Positions 39,701-55,500 are shown, counted from the stretch's first letter. The stretch is 64,000 bases of DNA from Balanoglossus misakiensis (GCA_040954595.2 CM082592.2:8419677-8483676); one strand, 5' to 3'. Notes: a model not told the origin generated them from the letters alone. A program made the numbers and translations.

Positions 39701-42076
39701 ATTTTCATATTTTTCTCTTCCCTGTATAACGTTTCAGTTTTACAATAAGATCAATAGCGAAGCAACTAGCAGCTGAAGGCCCACAGTAGAAAAAAATACT
39801 GCAAACTACAAATAAGAAACACTGATTAAATCTGGCAGAACATACTGGAGTGGGTTTGCATACAGTGTCTTCAAACAGCAAACGTGAACACTGCCAATTT
39901 TTTGACCTCAGGTACTCACTAGGTAATCTAATTTCACCACACACATTTTGAGGAATTAACCATACTTGTTTGCAGGATGCTCAGGTTATGTCGCTATGGA
40001 AACCACAAGTGTACCATCAGGCCTGGGTAATGGCCATGCCAAACAGTGTTATGATCAAATTTCTTAAAATCTTCAACTGCAGTCAATATTTATTTCATAC
40101 TTTAAGATTACAAATATCTTAAAAGATTTACTTGTGCATAGTCGACTACTTGAGTGAGTGACTCTTGGTAAAGACTTTAATGGGAAGATTATTATTACAA
40201 CTAAAAATTGATGGAGTTGATAAATTGAATGGTCAGCACTTTTTAACACTGCCGACTGTCATTTTGAAAGGAAATGTCAATATTGATTATATTGACCTCT
40301 AATGACATTCATGGCGCAAACCAAAGAAGTACGTGGAGGGCTGTCCTACTGAGAATATTCATATTACTGATTTTGACGCAAGCGTGGTGTTACAGGCCCA
40401 TTCAGTTCATGACTCTAGCGTAGAGTAAATTCCACCATTGAAATTTGAGTCACAGATTCAATCTATTTGTAGCAGATGAGGTTTTTCGCTTCCTGGAATG
40501 TTAATGGTTAGTGCGATTTCTCAAAAGAAATCACTGCAATTATTTGAAATACCGGTATGCTAATCCAATAATAAGATGAACACTTTCTACTTTATTTTTG
40601 TATTTTCCTTTCTTATTTTGATTATTACAGAATGCATTAATGGTGTTGACATAGGGATGAAAATATCAGCACTTGGGTATTATAGCTTGGCCAGATGATA
40701 GATACCTTCTTAAGGAATTTCAACATTACAGGTTTTTTACATAAAAGTGTCATAATCGATGAAATGTGTTTGGCAAGAAAATGTTCCTGTTTTAATACTT
40801 TTATCATGCCAATTGCAGTTGCCGTAGCAACACCATCAGCTTTTAGTACACTTACAAGACTGTCCATTTGATGATGAAAACTGACAGATTATGTAGAAAT
40901 GGATACTACTTTCTTGTTCAACTTTTTGGGCTGTGGTCTGATATACATGTTCAGCATAATTATTTATTTTGAGTCAACTGCCTACACAGGCCAACATAAA
41001 CCTTTTAAGTTGAACCTCCACAATAACATTTTGTGGAAGTCGAAAGCTGTTAGTTTTGGCCGGGTGAACATTCTGGATGGTATTATTGACAGGATAAGGT
41101 CAGAGACCCACCACTGTTAGCAACACAGCTCCTCTGAGAGTTGGGATAAATTATCCCACATAGAAAAACAACTGAAAATACACCCAGACTATGCAACTTG
41201 CTACCACCTACGGCTTATCAAAACCAACAAAACTAATCAAGCTGCAAAGATTTAGTATTTGATTGTAATTTCATCCCCAGTTGGAATTTCCGGCTCTAAT
41301 CTGTGCCTATTTTAATCCTGTTGTCGAAGTTATTACACACAAAAACTAGCACAGGCCTCAATTCCTGTCAGGAAAAGACGAACGTTCTGCACGCAACTAA
41401 AAATGGAGGGAAGACCAATACACGGCTATATAGCATAGTGTGTTTGTAAATGGGTAAAGGACATTATAAAATCACATTTCATGGGTGTTGTTACAAATAA
41501 TCCGGGGGGTTTCTACCTGCGAGAAATGGAACAGTCATCAAAATTTTGAATCACGTTTCACGGTTTAAACCTTACAAGGGCAAGCCACGACTACTTACAA
41601 GTACTACATGCAACTTGGTAAATCGTGATTGATGTCTGAAAAAAGTGCCTGTCATGAAAGCACTCTGCCTGCAATTTGGCAACATGTTCTCAGCTGAAGG
41701 GAAAATCCATCCATTTCCTGCGAAGAAAGGCTTGCCGCGGCCTGAAGGAAGTTTACCGGGAGCCCAGCAGCAAAGACACCTGTATGCCTTGCAAACTAAG
41801 AGTTCAGCTGTCTAACTATATACACAAGAATTTGTGGATCGAAGGAAAGGGATCTTTACATAGAAGAGTCCACACACACAAAAAAAAACCTGAATGAATA
41901 TTACCGGTACATGTATGACAGTGAAAATGGGATGAGACGTCATCCTCTTCTCCATGAATAAATAAAATCAATTCATTAATTTTTTATGGGATCTTTGCAC
42001 AGTGCAAAGGGTACATTTCGGTGGATTAGCTCCTGAGCCAATATTCCCACAAAATTAATCTTAAAATTTGCAACGT

Positions 42077-42275
42077 AAGGGACCTTTCAATAATAGTCAG
42101 GTGGGAGGGAACTTGGAGAACGTGCATTTCTTTCTTTTCACAAAAAATCTCTCTGGAATAATCATTTGCAGGAAAAATAATAAACGTTAATTCTGAAAAT
42201 CATTATGCAAATCACAATCAATCGATATCAATTTCTAATTCGTACCAAAGCGTATAACCCTCCCAATTGTACATC
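42077..42275. mobile_element. MITE-like remnant beginning TAAGGGACC...TGGGAGGG
   Basis: The left end resembles the reverse complement of 49515-49550. A degenerate ccctccc near 42258 may be the other end. Confidence 0.35.
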
Positions 42276-45200
42276 TCAGAACCTTCTCATACTTTGTAAT
42301 TACACATATAATGAAAGTTACATGTGTAATGTGTACCATGGATGAATGCATCATTGGCTATCATAACAGTGATGTATGTGCTAATTTCCTGCCAAAAGAG
42401 TCGTGTGATGCTGCCAATTCGTACAAGCAACAAAACTGAGACACGTTGCGAGTACGCAGCGATCTTTTCATGAGTTTTGAAACCGGCGAAGTGGGAGCCT
42501 AGACTTATACTCACACAAGCCTCTTCATTTTCTCTTTATCACAACCAGGGGAATCTATTTATTACCCAGACGGAAGAACGTACATGGCAAAGGTTAGGGG
42601 AGAAAATGCGCAGAAAACTTATCAACTTTGAGCTGCTGCGGCACGACGGAATTGATGATATCCTATGTGTATACTGGTACTTATGACAAATGGCCACCGG
42701 GCGGCACTCAGGACATTGGAGTTGATTATCTGAAATTCCAGCGCCAAAAGTGTACTCCGCTGTGGTTGAAATCCAATCTTCTGCTATCTGTAAATACCCG
42801 GTCAACTTCCCATTAAAATCAATCTTCATTATCCAAGTTCTGATAAAGACATTATCTGTTTCCCTTTGCGCTACTGCGCGAGATGTAGAAATTAGACCTG
42901 TAGCCTGGAGGGGGAGTTCAGGTTGACTCGAAGGTGTGGACATAAAACAGTGGACAGTACTGGGCATGTACATCTCTGCAGGGTGATAGATAATTGGACA
43001 TATTTTCTCCACATTTCTTGGACCAAAATACCTCATAAATATATGCTCTGTCCATATCTCCAACACAACACTTTAATATAAGTATAATTCCTGTGATGTA
43101 TTTATAGATACTTAGTGTTTCTTATTCCTCATGTAGGTGTGCTTGGGTGAAGTATCCTCAACAGTTTTTTTCTGAAGAGTTGGATGGTAATTTGTTGAAA
43201 CATGACAACTGAGCGAAATGGCGTGCCAGAACAGTTAACTCTTCCCATCTGCCAGTGCTAGTAACCAAGGAAACGGCCAGACCTCCACGGCGCATCTTGG
43301 GGATTAGGAAAATGAAATTATGGGCGAGTGCAAACCAGATGATGGCAAAAACCAACTGGTCAGAAATCCAATCACACATCGTGGACATTTGCAGTTCATT
43401 TTTAATTTCGAATAATGAAGCGCAGGGCAGGGTACACAGAGGGAAAATCCATTTTTTCAATTTCTGGCAGAAAAACGATACGCTCGTTGTGCATCCGTCG
43501 GAAGGACCCTCATCATGCGAGGCACACTCCACGCAAAATTGAATATAGTAAGCTTGACGGATAAGTGCCGTTACCATGGAGATGAGGGATATTCCGAATG
43601 CCACGCAGAATAGATTTGTGGGATTTCTGAGTTTAGGCGTACCCCAGCGCGGCAAACCAAATTAACACACACAAAATGAATTTTGGAAATTGCACTGACG
43701 TGATGTCCTTGGACAAGTTGAATGCTTTTCATGAGGTTCTTGAATTGAGATTGGATTACAGTGCAGGAGTGAACACACATTTATTAGGGATACAAACTTG
43801 TCCCAGTGATAATTACACAAAGAAGTTCAAATAAAACTGTGAACAAACCTCATCGCATTCTTCAAAAGCTGTTCTTAGTAACAATTATTGAATTTTCATC
43901 ACAATTTGTGCAGTTTAGCAGTCGCACGCAGAGACACTGCACCTGGGTTATGCTAATTTTTAGCTGCTGTGAATTCTACTATTACAAATTAGGTGTTTAC
44001 ACCTGTTCATTGGCTAATCACTGATTCTTTGAAGTATGTAACAGCCTCTCATGTTGCTGTGGATTACTTGCCAACAGCATCCCGGCCTCAGAAACCGATC
44101 GCATTTCACTCGATGACAGCGATCAGGGTACGGCTGGATCTGCAAAACTGCCAACAGCAATCATTTGAAGAAATGTTGCATGTCAACAATTTAGTGCTCG
44201 GGCGAAACGCGAGCTAGAGAGCCAGAAGACAATTTATCACTTCATTGATTTACGGCATTTGGCGATTTAGGGAAAAGCGAGAACCCATTGAAGCTTCACT
44301 CATCAAACAAGACTATGGCGTGTGCGTCCGTGTTAGAACGCATGACGACTTGTGTCAGGACACGCGTTCACTTATACTACAACTGAAACTGATCAAATGG
44401 CAGCAGTGTGACTTGTATGTGTATGAAACAATCATGGATTCCCTACGCAATATAGTGTACACATGCAAGTGATTTTTTGTTAAATTAGAAACTTCTTTTA
44501 AGTCACAGTTATCCGAAACACAAATGGTGACAAGATGTTATCCCAAAAACAGATTTGTGTGCTACTACAAAATGCGTGCTCGATTTATTTATTGCAGTCT
44601 ACCCATCTTTGAGACACACATCCTCATCAATCTTTTACACAGTATACAGAGAAAGACAAAAATAGTTTTTGTTTTGTTTAAAAAAACAACCATCATGTAC
44701 AAACAACATTAACCACTCTGTGTGTGCTTGTTACGATCAGACAATTTGCAGAAGCAGTAGAATCTGACATTGTATAGATAAATTCATTTTTGGATTACTC
44801 AGTCAAACACCACATTAAAAATCCAAATCCCATACAATGACCTTGAACATGACAGAGTCAATTTGGTACATCCATCCCGGAAGAAATATGACCCTTTGGA
44901 TATATCAATGTTAAGTGGCAGCTCATTCCGTTGTGTAAATATTTGAATGCCAAGTAAACTGTGTTTTGCGTCTGCCACTGTCAGGGGTCCAATAATCTGT
45001 GTATTTCCCCTGATAAGGTCATAGAAGTGTTTATAATGACCTCTCTGTGAGGTCATATACATTTGGTCACAGCTGATTGGACAACAAGATGTCATTTGTC
45101 GTATTTTGGTGTGAACTAGCAAAGATCTGAGAAGGTGGTTCTGCTGTCTTTGATAAATGAGTTCCTGAATTTCCAAGCAAATTCGACAGGTGAAAAAGGA

Positions 45201-48200
45201 AGAGTGACTGTGGGAAAGTGAATTTAAAGAGCGTTATTTCGCACTGGTCAGTACCTGTATTACTATCAAACAGTTGTTAAAAATGTTTAAATGTGATGCA
45301 CACATTAAATCACAGACTTATCCGTTTGCTTTGGCACCCAGGGCAGAAGATATTGAGTGTGAATTAACGTTGAACAGGCAACTTAAGATGGATGCTTTCC
45401 TTTAAATATCCAATCACCATAAGCAAGTTTCTTGCTCAGCTCTCGATTTTATAATCTCAGTTCAGAAGGTATTTGGAATGGAAATCTCATCAAATTCAAG
45501 GCCATCTGTAGAGGTAAAAGAACTATTGGAGCTGTATTAGTCTCTAAGCAGTTTGATATATCCCACTGAAAATGCAATTTGTCAGGGCTACAGATCAAAT
45601 TGCAAAGCCAAACAGTAATTTTTATCATTTTATTTCAGATAAACCATACTATATGTCATAAGACTTGCATACACATGTGCTTTGCCAGGACATAGATATT
45701 AATTTTGACCTGTCAATTTATTTTTGTTAGAAAATGTAAAATTTGTGTTATTTCAGGGTGTTATAGTTTACTGGACACAGCTGCTGAATATTCATTAGCT
45801 GGATGTGAACCAATCAGGTATAAGGACTCGCCAATCTGCAGTGTAGCAATAAAGCCCAACACTTGAGACTGCAGCCATAGCTTCAAGAAAAAGACTCTCT
45901 GGGGAAAACGCGTTTGATCGCCGGCACTCACAGAGTAATTAGCTGTACCAATAAAAGATAATCAATGCCAACTTAGAATTAATTCGTATCAGGGACTGAC
46001 GGATGTGTACACTGTCCATACAAATCGCTGACCACTCGAGTTTTTAGCTTTCCGCTGAGCTCACAATACGGGCATTGTTAGTGAAGCAATACCTTTAAAC
46101 TGATACATTTGCTAGCTGCGGCTTTATAGTAAATCCCTTTACCTGTGGTGAGTCATCCAATATTCCCTCTATTAGATGCCAAAAGAGCGCAAACAGTTGA
46201 CAAGTCTTTTAAACCACTTGGTTGTTATGGCAACTGAACACTTCTCGCACAACTGTCAATGTTCACAACTAACTCTTCAAGAAGGTACAAAAAATCAACG
46301 CTTTGATTGAACTCCGGTAGTGAAACTTTATCCTGTTAAATTAAAGTCCAGCGGTGCAATCAATAGCGCGTATGAGTGTCTGCACAGATTTTCTGTCTTA
46401 AAGAAAATGAAAGCTTAATTTACAGAGAAGACTGAGTTTCTGTCGCATTCGTTATCCCTCGATACAGATTGATGAGTCAAAAGAGATACTTCTCCATATA
46501 TGAAATAAGCTTGCGCTAGTATATTCAACTTAAGTATATTAATGGCCAGTGACAACGACTGAATCTGCAATGCAGTGTCAGTGAGAAGGCTGGCTCTCTG
46601 AGAGGATGACTGTTTTCGATGGAAGGAAGTTGCATTTTTCATGTTTGACAACACTGTTACTAACACACACTGGCAGGTTACAGTGCAGTGAAATCAATGT
46701 GCAGGCACCTTGTACATTGTATTCTACACTGCAGCTGGGAAGGATTGACTTCGCTGGCAAGAAAAAAGAGAGAGAGCGGCACTTCTGTTCGGAAAGCCGA
46801 TATCAGAGAAGGTGTAATGGATCTGTGCTGTTATCGCATTAAAGAAAAGAGGCTGTGCAAGAGAAGCAGGGGTCAAATGTCAGGGCACACCTGAAAAATA
46901 AAGGCTACGACAGACAGGGGTAATTGAGGCTATAATTGTGTAAGATCTATACATCTAATATCCCTTTATAGGTTCACCACTCTGCTTGAGTGAGTTGTCA
47001 TTATTTTCCTGACGTTTGTGTCAGATCTTCACCGCATCATGCTTTTGGAGAGACTGCTGATCTGAGAGGCTTCTTTTCTAGGAATTCTTGTAAGAAACTG
47101 CCGGATTATTATCAGACTGAAAAGAATTATTAAGCACAGCCTTTTTTCTGGGAATACATGTTCAGTGAAACTACATCATTGCGCGTTCAGCTTTTGAGTG
47201 TCTCAATAGTTTGAAGCTAGGATGATCCTGTCTGAGAGAACAGACATTATATCATGAAACTTTAAAAAAAAGCCTCCCTTTCTCTGAAATGACAGAGCCA
47301 GTCCTGGGATAATCGCAGTCATATCTGCAAGAGCTGGATCATGGCTCTCTTATCTGTGTCTGCAGCAGTGCGCTGCGCATAGTGACGTCCCAGGAAGAGA
47401 AACACACCAAGATTGCAATAGCTGATTGCCGTCGAGTTCTGTCAGCCTCGGACGACTTGTCGGGAGAGGCAAAAATCGCTCAATGCCCCGAGGCCCGTTT
47501 ATGATCTCGATTATCAGCTCCGAATCGGAGACAAATTGCCCTGTTCAATTAGCTGCACACATCCCTTTCCTAAAAGGGGCTCAGTTGTCACAATCACCCG
47601 TAATGTCAGGCTACCACAGAGAATAGAGATTGACAGTAATCGATGGGTTGTAGTGAAAGGCAATGAAGGCAACTCGTCACCATCTCAACTCTTGAAAAGA
47701 AACATTTGACTGATCTTTTTCATTCAAAATTGTTCACTTTTTTACGTAATTTTAATAAAAATGCATATAACCACTCAGTAGATCAAATCAGGGGTCTGCT
47801 TTAGTGGAGCAAGTTGTTTCTGATGCGTTGAAATTTATCATTCTACTACTTTATTTATCCAAATAGATAATTCAAACAGACAGACAGATAGATGTTCATG
47901 TACATGCTACAGATGACACCATCATTATAGACAGAGGACGTATCTATATAATAAAAAGAAAGGTCTAAATATTTTATGGAAATTTAACTGACTGAATACA
48001 ATAAAATGACCGGAATAGAACTTCCAATGATGTCTGAATGCTTACACCTTCCTTTCTTGTCTCACAAAACACAGGTGAATCACATTCAGGAAATGAAGCT
48101 GGCAGACTCAATAACAGAAAACAAATTACAAGCAACTCGCAATTCCCTTCCTCCCCCAACTTTTTTTATGTCTGTACTAACATGTATATACGAAAAACAG

Positions 48201-49332
48201 GAATTGATTTTCTTTATTCGCCAGGAAGTCTTTTTATCATCGTGACAAATCTGACAGAGGCACCTGGTGCACAAAATATGCTTCTGCAAGACGGCGAAAA
48301 AATCTCAGCCACTGTATACGTTTCATTCAAATATTCATCTACTTAAAGACGATCTCCTCTCGGCTTTAATCTTGGAAACCTTTACAGTACCACGTCTTCC
48401 TTTTCACAAAGCAAATGGATTTCCTGCAGTTTATGACTTGTGAAGAATGAAGCCACCCACACAAAAACAAGAGCTACACTTTCTTCCTTTACGACTGCTT
48501 CAAATAAAGCCTGCACCCAATTTTTTCCCCCAATCATTACAAGCTATTTGTCGTTCACAGGCTGTTTGATGACCTTTGACCCTGAGGAAACAACTAATTT
48601 TTTGTACAAGACTGTATTTCTTTTGCCATATCAATTCTTTTAGTCTCTAGAGATAATTTCACTGATTTAACTTTTGCTTTACGATATTTGAAATAGCAAT
48701 TCAGTAGCAAATACTTTCTGATAATAGAATTAACGACTACAAAGTACAATAATCTTCCTTTTTTTCACTCATATTAACAGTGCCCGTCATAATTAGCCAT
48801 TCCATATATCTGTTTTCTTTTAGGGTTTCTGTTAACGGTTTTCTAAAGCATCATAAAGAAAATACTTGTCAAAAAGACTCAAATTCCCCCATCCACCCCC
48901 CCCCCCCATCCCCAAATGCCTGTGATATGACTTGAGCATTAATTTAAATAGCAAGTCAGCGATTAAGCCCACTAAGAAAAGCAACAACGGTTAGATACGG
49001 AAGAGCGATATGGGAATTGAAGTCGTATACCGAAATGTACACACATCGAGATAATAAAACTTAATCGCGCTACATTGGCGAGCACCTTAGCCACTTCACA
49101 TGATCAATTTCCTCGGTTTTGTTTGGAAATACTCAGATACTGGGCGGGAGTGGTGACACGAAGTCTGGAGTCAAGACAACCTGGATGTTGATCTGTGGGG
49201 ACTATTTTTTGACATGAGTGATGACGACTAATGGCACCTCTACGCTTAAACATTGCACACAACTGTGCTACATACTCTACTGAGGTTTCTGAACATTTTT
49301 GTGGCTAGGGCGTTGCCATAATTGTGGATGGT

Positions 49333-49550
49333 AGGTGTCATATACAGGGGGGGGGGAAATGCTGACATGCCATATGTCTCATAAAATCAGTTATTTAAAA
49401 GTCATTTTCTCACCATACAATGTATCTATCTGTAGGAACAAAAACATGCTCTTTTTAATTATTGCTGACTGGTATCTATGAAATTTAATTTGATATAATA
49501 ACAACTTATTTTTATCCCCTCCCACTGGTATATTTATGACTGGTCCCTTA
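49333..49550. mobile_element. MITE-like remnant ending ...CCCTCCCA...GGTCCCTTA
   Basis: The reverse complement of the right end (taagggaccagtcataaatataccagtgggagggg) resembles the element end at 42077. The left boundary is uncertain. Confidence 0.35.
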
Positions 49551-52500
49551 CAACAATGTCCAGCAAAAGATCATAATCTCTCTGGAGAAATGTCACCAGA
49601 AAACAAATGATCATCTTTATCCAGCAGGAAAAAAAATCAAGCTATCAGAAAGACTGCCGGCCATTTCTCAGATGTCAAGGAAGTCTGCCATGAACATATA
49701 CCTCATAAAGAGATTACCTAGATTAACCTCTGCTAGGGATACGTTCTGAATCTAACAAGACAATATGGGAGTACTTGCAAATGACTGCTGGTGATTCCCT
49801 GTCAGACGTACAACGACAAATGCCAGATGACCTCAGGTCGTGAATATCCCACCTGGGATACGAGAGAGCGGGGAGAAAGAGCAGCAAAATAGATGCAATT
49901 AGAATGACCCCAATTACCATGGTGACAGTCCGAGAGTTAACCATACGTAGAATGTAATGGACATCCATGAGTGCATCCCATGCGATGACTATGGAAATCT
50001 GGTAATAACTCGAAATGGACAACTGAGGATCCAGTGAAAGCGAGCATCTTGGAAAACTTTAATGGGTGCAGGTTCTTGTTTTAATACTGATTGATCCTGG
50101 CATATCTCATAAGGAAATCTCAAGAATATAAAAACGACTGCTGGAATCTCACTGCAAAGATAAATTGAACTGAACATGCCTGTATAGCTATGCTGAACTA
50201 GAACGCAGTTATGTTAGGGACAGGCAAAAGTGATCTGATCACTGAAGACATTTGAAAAGTTCATCAGTAAAGGCAAAACATTGCTTCCACGGAATTCATG
50301 CATGCAGTCACTCGATTCCACAACTTGGCATAATGCATGGAGTTGGCCTGTGCGCATATGTAGCCAACAGTACATATTTTAAGTTCTTCATCAATACAGA
50401 TTTGTGAACTGTACTACGCAACATACTATTACTGAAGTATGCATTAATTCTGCTTTAGTAACACACGCTGAGTTCTGAAGCATTCCAACAGTTGACTCCA
50501 GTGAAGCTTGAAACATGACATGACAGTGGGTTAATGATTGGGCGTGCGCTGGTATGAACCTGATATTTGCATTGGTTTTGATATTGTTTTTGGTCTGTTT
50601 TACAAAAAAAAGTTTACCATGTATGCGTACAAACCATGTGTGTATCTCAGTCGGATGTAGACAATATACTTCAAAGCTGTGGGAAATGGATTATGAAAGG
50701 AAAATGAACGCACGACCTGGCAGACTTGACGCCAGGAAATTCAGTCTCCGAGTTGCTGCTATACCGTTTACGAGCAGTCAAATTTCGAGCGTTTTTCAGC
50801 AATCAAAAATAAAAGCCACTCGATAATAAAAGTCGCCTCAGGATTGCCCCCCGGTTTGCTCTGGTCTTGTCAATTGTGTTGTTCTGAGAGAGACGCCTGA
50901 AGACCACGCTTCATTTCACCGGGCCTCGACAATTCAGAAAATATTGATCTTCTGCCTGGCTGACACCTATAGAATGAGAAAAGCTTCCCCAACACTTTAT
51001 AGGCAAATTCTCGTGCCAGCGTCTTGACGGCCAGACAGACGGCTGGTCTAGAGTCGGTGAGGTTTGACTGCCTCATACTATTGCCATGAAAAGGCCCCGG
51101 GGAACGAACCAACAAAGAAATCGCCGTAATCGAGTATAGGAAGAGAAAAATCATAAAACTCGACCATTCAAATGGTTGGAGCCAAAATAAATTAAAATTC
51201 TAATAGTCCCTTGCTTGCAGTTATCAAATATGGCTGCAATTGAACATACAATAATTAGACACATTTCAGAAATGGGCGATTTGATGTAGCCGCCTTCATT
51301 ATTATGCTAATTTTAGTGCTTCCAGTTCTGAAGAGTCTAATTTTGGCAATATTTTACATGACGACAAGTTGACATTTCATCGCATGGGGCTGCAATACAT
51401 CATTATCGTTGCTCATTTTCTTTAATGTCATTTTTATGACACGAGGTAAGAGCACTTCACGAGGATATATCACAGAAACACGACAGATCGCGCAACGCTG
51501 GCGTCTTGCAAGACGAACTTGACACACCATATGGAATAACGGATCTCTTTTTTTTTTGTAAACCTCGCAACCCCCGATCCATCAGCTTCGGAATCCATGA
51601 CCCCAGGGGACAGCATTACCATGAAAAGATTTAAAAGTGGGGAATATGTTATTTTAATTGCGCCAACAGCTGTCGAAATGTTCCCTCTTTCAGTGGCCGA
51701 CAGTGTTGCTTTTGTCAGGTCCCATGAGGTGTGATCAAACAATTTCATCAGCATATCATCAGTATTGGCCCTTGGCAGTTTCGCAAAAAGTGCAACTTCA
51801 TGCGTCATAATTTTCCTGGAGTACACCTGTCTGTCTGAAACGTACGCCACCTTGGAAATTCACATTTATGTCGCTTCCCGGTAAAGCCAGCCATGCATGT
51901 CTAATTAGCGCAAGTGTAATTGACAAGCAAGGCCAGCAGTATAAGCATGCATCCCTGGCATTCATTGTTTTGGGGAGGAAATGAAGAGGGGGTTAGATCT
52001 ATAATAAACCTGAAAGACTTTAATGTAGAATCGGATGAAAATTTCATTATAAAGTGAATGCCACACGAATACGTGTGTATCTGTCAAATTAAAGGTACTC
52101 GAACAGAATCCCTATCTAAAGTGTTTTAATTTGTTGGTTTTATGTGGTGATTATCGCGTTTATTGCGGTGTTGTGCACAGAATCTGAGACGATTAAGGTG
52201 ATTTAATATGAAAATGTTCTTATCTGTCACTGATACCATACATTAAGTATCATAAATTCTATATTAATATTTGTCTATATTATTGTAATGTCATTGTATC
52301 CTCTACTACAGTACATATCAGTCCAGATAGCGCGTAGTATCATGACAGTAATTTATGCAAAATAAATATTTGTACTAGATTTGACAAATGTAATAAGATT
52401 GTCTTCTTGCCTGATTGCATAAATATAATACACCCCCTTCATGGAAAATTGTAATATCACCATCTTTGATAAACTAGCATTTGTGTTTTGTCTCTTGTCC

Positions 52501-55500
52501 AGTTAAAATACAGCAAATATTGGTTCATCAAATATTTGTGGAACTCGTCCATTTCATTGACACATTTACATATAAATCGATTTTAAAAGTTATTAAATTT
52601 CATATCACAGACATGTACTGTAAGGAATACTGCTAACAACGCAGCATTCAAATATTCAAACATGTTTTTTAGATTTTCAGGTTTTTGATGACATTCAAAA
52701 ACTGCCAAAACTGTCATATTTGCTGTGGTAATTATTCACACAAGTTGGCATGTATTAACTTCTAGGGAGTATTAAAATCATAAAAGTAGGACAGAAAAGA
52801 AAACACAATAAAGATAAGTACGGTTTCATCATTTTTTATTGAGATTGAAAATAATAAGAAAAACATTTGGATAGCCAGACATACATCAATTCTTGAAGTG
52901 TCATAATAACCTTTCGCATGTCAATTTTAACTCAAACAACTGTACAATGAATCAAAATGTTTGTATGATGTGGTCAAAATAAATCCTGTCTGTGTTCACA
53001 AACTATATCTTGTGGAATGTGACCACTCTGTAACTAATGTCCAGCTGGCTATAAAGTTGTGGTGTGTACGTTGTGTGCTGATAGTGTGAAAATGTACACA
53101 GTGTTTGAAGTTTGGGTTCCATGATGCGGTAACAATTCCAACGGTGATTAATTCATAATCATATTCACAAAAGGAGATATCACTCGAGTTTGAAGTGTTC
53201 ATAGAGTGGTATGATGTTCTCAAACATGTAACACTCAGAGTAAATCGGCTTCTGAGCTAGCCTTTTAAATAGGTTGATCACCAGGAAAATGGATAAAACC
53301 TGCCAGTACACCGAGATTGGTTAGAGGAATTGACATGGCAATGGTTGCAATTATCCAGCGATTTTCACATTAGACTTGATAATCGTGGTTTCAAAGAAAG
53401 ACTACCCCTCCATCCTTCAGGGCATTCCGACTGATATCTGATATTCACAACTGCTTCACTGTAACTACCGGTACATTGATGACAGAGGAAGGAACATGCA
53501 ACGTTGAAGCTTTCTAAAGGATGCATCCTTTGAAAACTGAGACTGCCTTTTCAAAGAACTGTACAATGGACGCCTACGACAGAAACGGTTGTCTACTTTA
53601 AACTATGAATGTTCAGGCTATTAGCCATGGGTGAAGTTAGACAGGGTTCAATTCTGATGGTTGTTGTCGATAACGCACAGCACAGCCTAATCTGTATCAT
53701 CAGGGCTTTGTGTGATATGATTAAATTACATCGCGCAAGACTCCCAACATTTGATGAAATGTCATGAAAATTACATTTTATGATTGGCACTGCGGGTTGG
53801 GTTCAATCTGTCATCTTTAATCTTAATAGCCTTGTATTGGAAAAGATTCTGATGTATGCGGCACAAAAGTAAACCATGTCTGTATAAAGTTCAGGAAATT
53901 TACGAATTCACAGAAGAATTCAAAAAAAGCCATTAAGTACCAATATCTGTATAATTTTGTAATGGGGCAACACAATTAAGTATCTCCTTCCTGACGATTC
54001 TTAATAAAGTCAAAAGTCAACGTATTAGTAATAAAAGTTCAAGGTATGAATTAAATCTATGATTTCATGTACCTGCCACAATATCAAACCAACTAGATAT
54101 ATACATATACAATAGTACCGCAGGGTATTACATTGGACCAATCAGAGAGCACCCCTTCAATACCCCAGAGCAAATGAGAAGGTGGGAACCAATCAGATTG
54201 CTTCTGTCATAAAAATGACTGCATCTTTTCGGTTACACAATCACTGATTGGTTACTGCCAATGTACTAGCAATGGGAGGGCATCTTGAAAATTTCTTATT
54301 GACAAATTGAAAAGGATGGCAACGATTAATACCATGAATTTAAATTTGCTTCAGAAACCAGTCTGATGACGACTGTTTGCCATTTAACACAGAAACCTTG
54401 GAAGTGATGATACTCTTGGGAAAGAGAAGACTTCTATCAGTGGGCGCTATGAATTTAAATGAAAGAAGAACCCAGATTAGAACAACAGTTCATGGTTAAC
54501 TGAACAAGCAACATCAAGGTACTGTGTATAAGATATGGCCTTCTCAATTGCAGAGTCCGGGGAAAGTAAATCAAGAAATCTTTTAATTATTTATAGATTT
54601 GCAAATTGCTCCTCTCAGAAACTGATGGAGAAAACAAAAATTATGGTTTTCAGTTGTCGTAAATTCACGTAAAATTTCATGTAGCGCAGATCTTCGAGTG
54701 ATTTGTCACAGGATTCAATTAGATTATTAGCCGAATATGACTCGTATTAAAGTCTGAAAGCCAAGGTGCCACCAAGTCTAGGCGAAGACGAATAGTTAAT
54801 GAGCTGAAAAGAAAATTAGCGAGCCTCAGAAAACACGGAGCGACGCAGTGGGATTTTGCCGGGGTCATTCTCGTCGACTGTTTGCCGTTTCATGCAAGTT
54901 TTATGAAACCGCCAGAGTAAGTTTTTATCTGCCTCAGCTTGTGTTTTAACATGATTGTAAAAACGCGGCCATTAAACCCGGCGACCTTCAACAGCCAATA
55001 ATCGTGATGCTTTGCGAGGCTACGTCAAGACGTATACGACACAAACTCAATTTTCTGAAATTGGGTGTATTAAAATGAGCAATAAAATCCAGCTCGAGTC
55101 TCTGCTATCAAATTTTTCTCAGGGACTTGTATATTGGTGAATGCTCGTTATCTCAGCGCCATACTTTAGAGGAAAGCATTTTTTTTACACATTAAGCATC
55201 TTCTGTTAGAATTTGTATAAATCACTGGTGCGTCATTGGCCACCTGTTTAAGTTAATATGCAAATAGATGTGTATTAGTCAGCAAATAAGTAACACTTGC
55301 ACTAAATCAACACGCAATAACCATTTAAATCCCTCACTCAAATAAAAACTCTTAGCCAAAGTAACAAATGATTAAGGCAAATTGGGGGCAGTTTTCCAAA
55401 TTACAAAGTCAATTCCAAGTAATCCAGATTGTCTGGTTAATAATTTAACACTTCTCTGCTGTGCTCCTTATCAGGAAAACATTCATCCCGGCTCGCGTCT

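Noticed and set aside
42539-43655. Long - strand track ORFs (175 aa and 165 aa) inside the intron
   Set aside because: Non-ATG starts, no recognisable domain or coding-like composition, and the LHFPL protein is complete without them.
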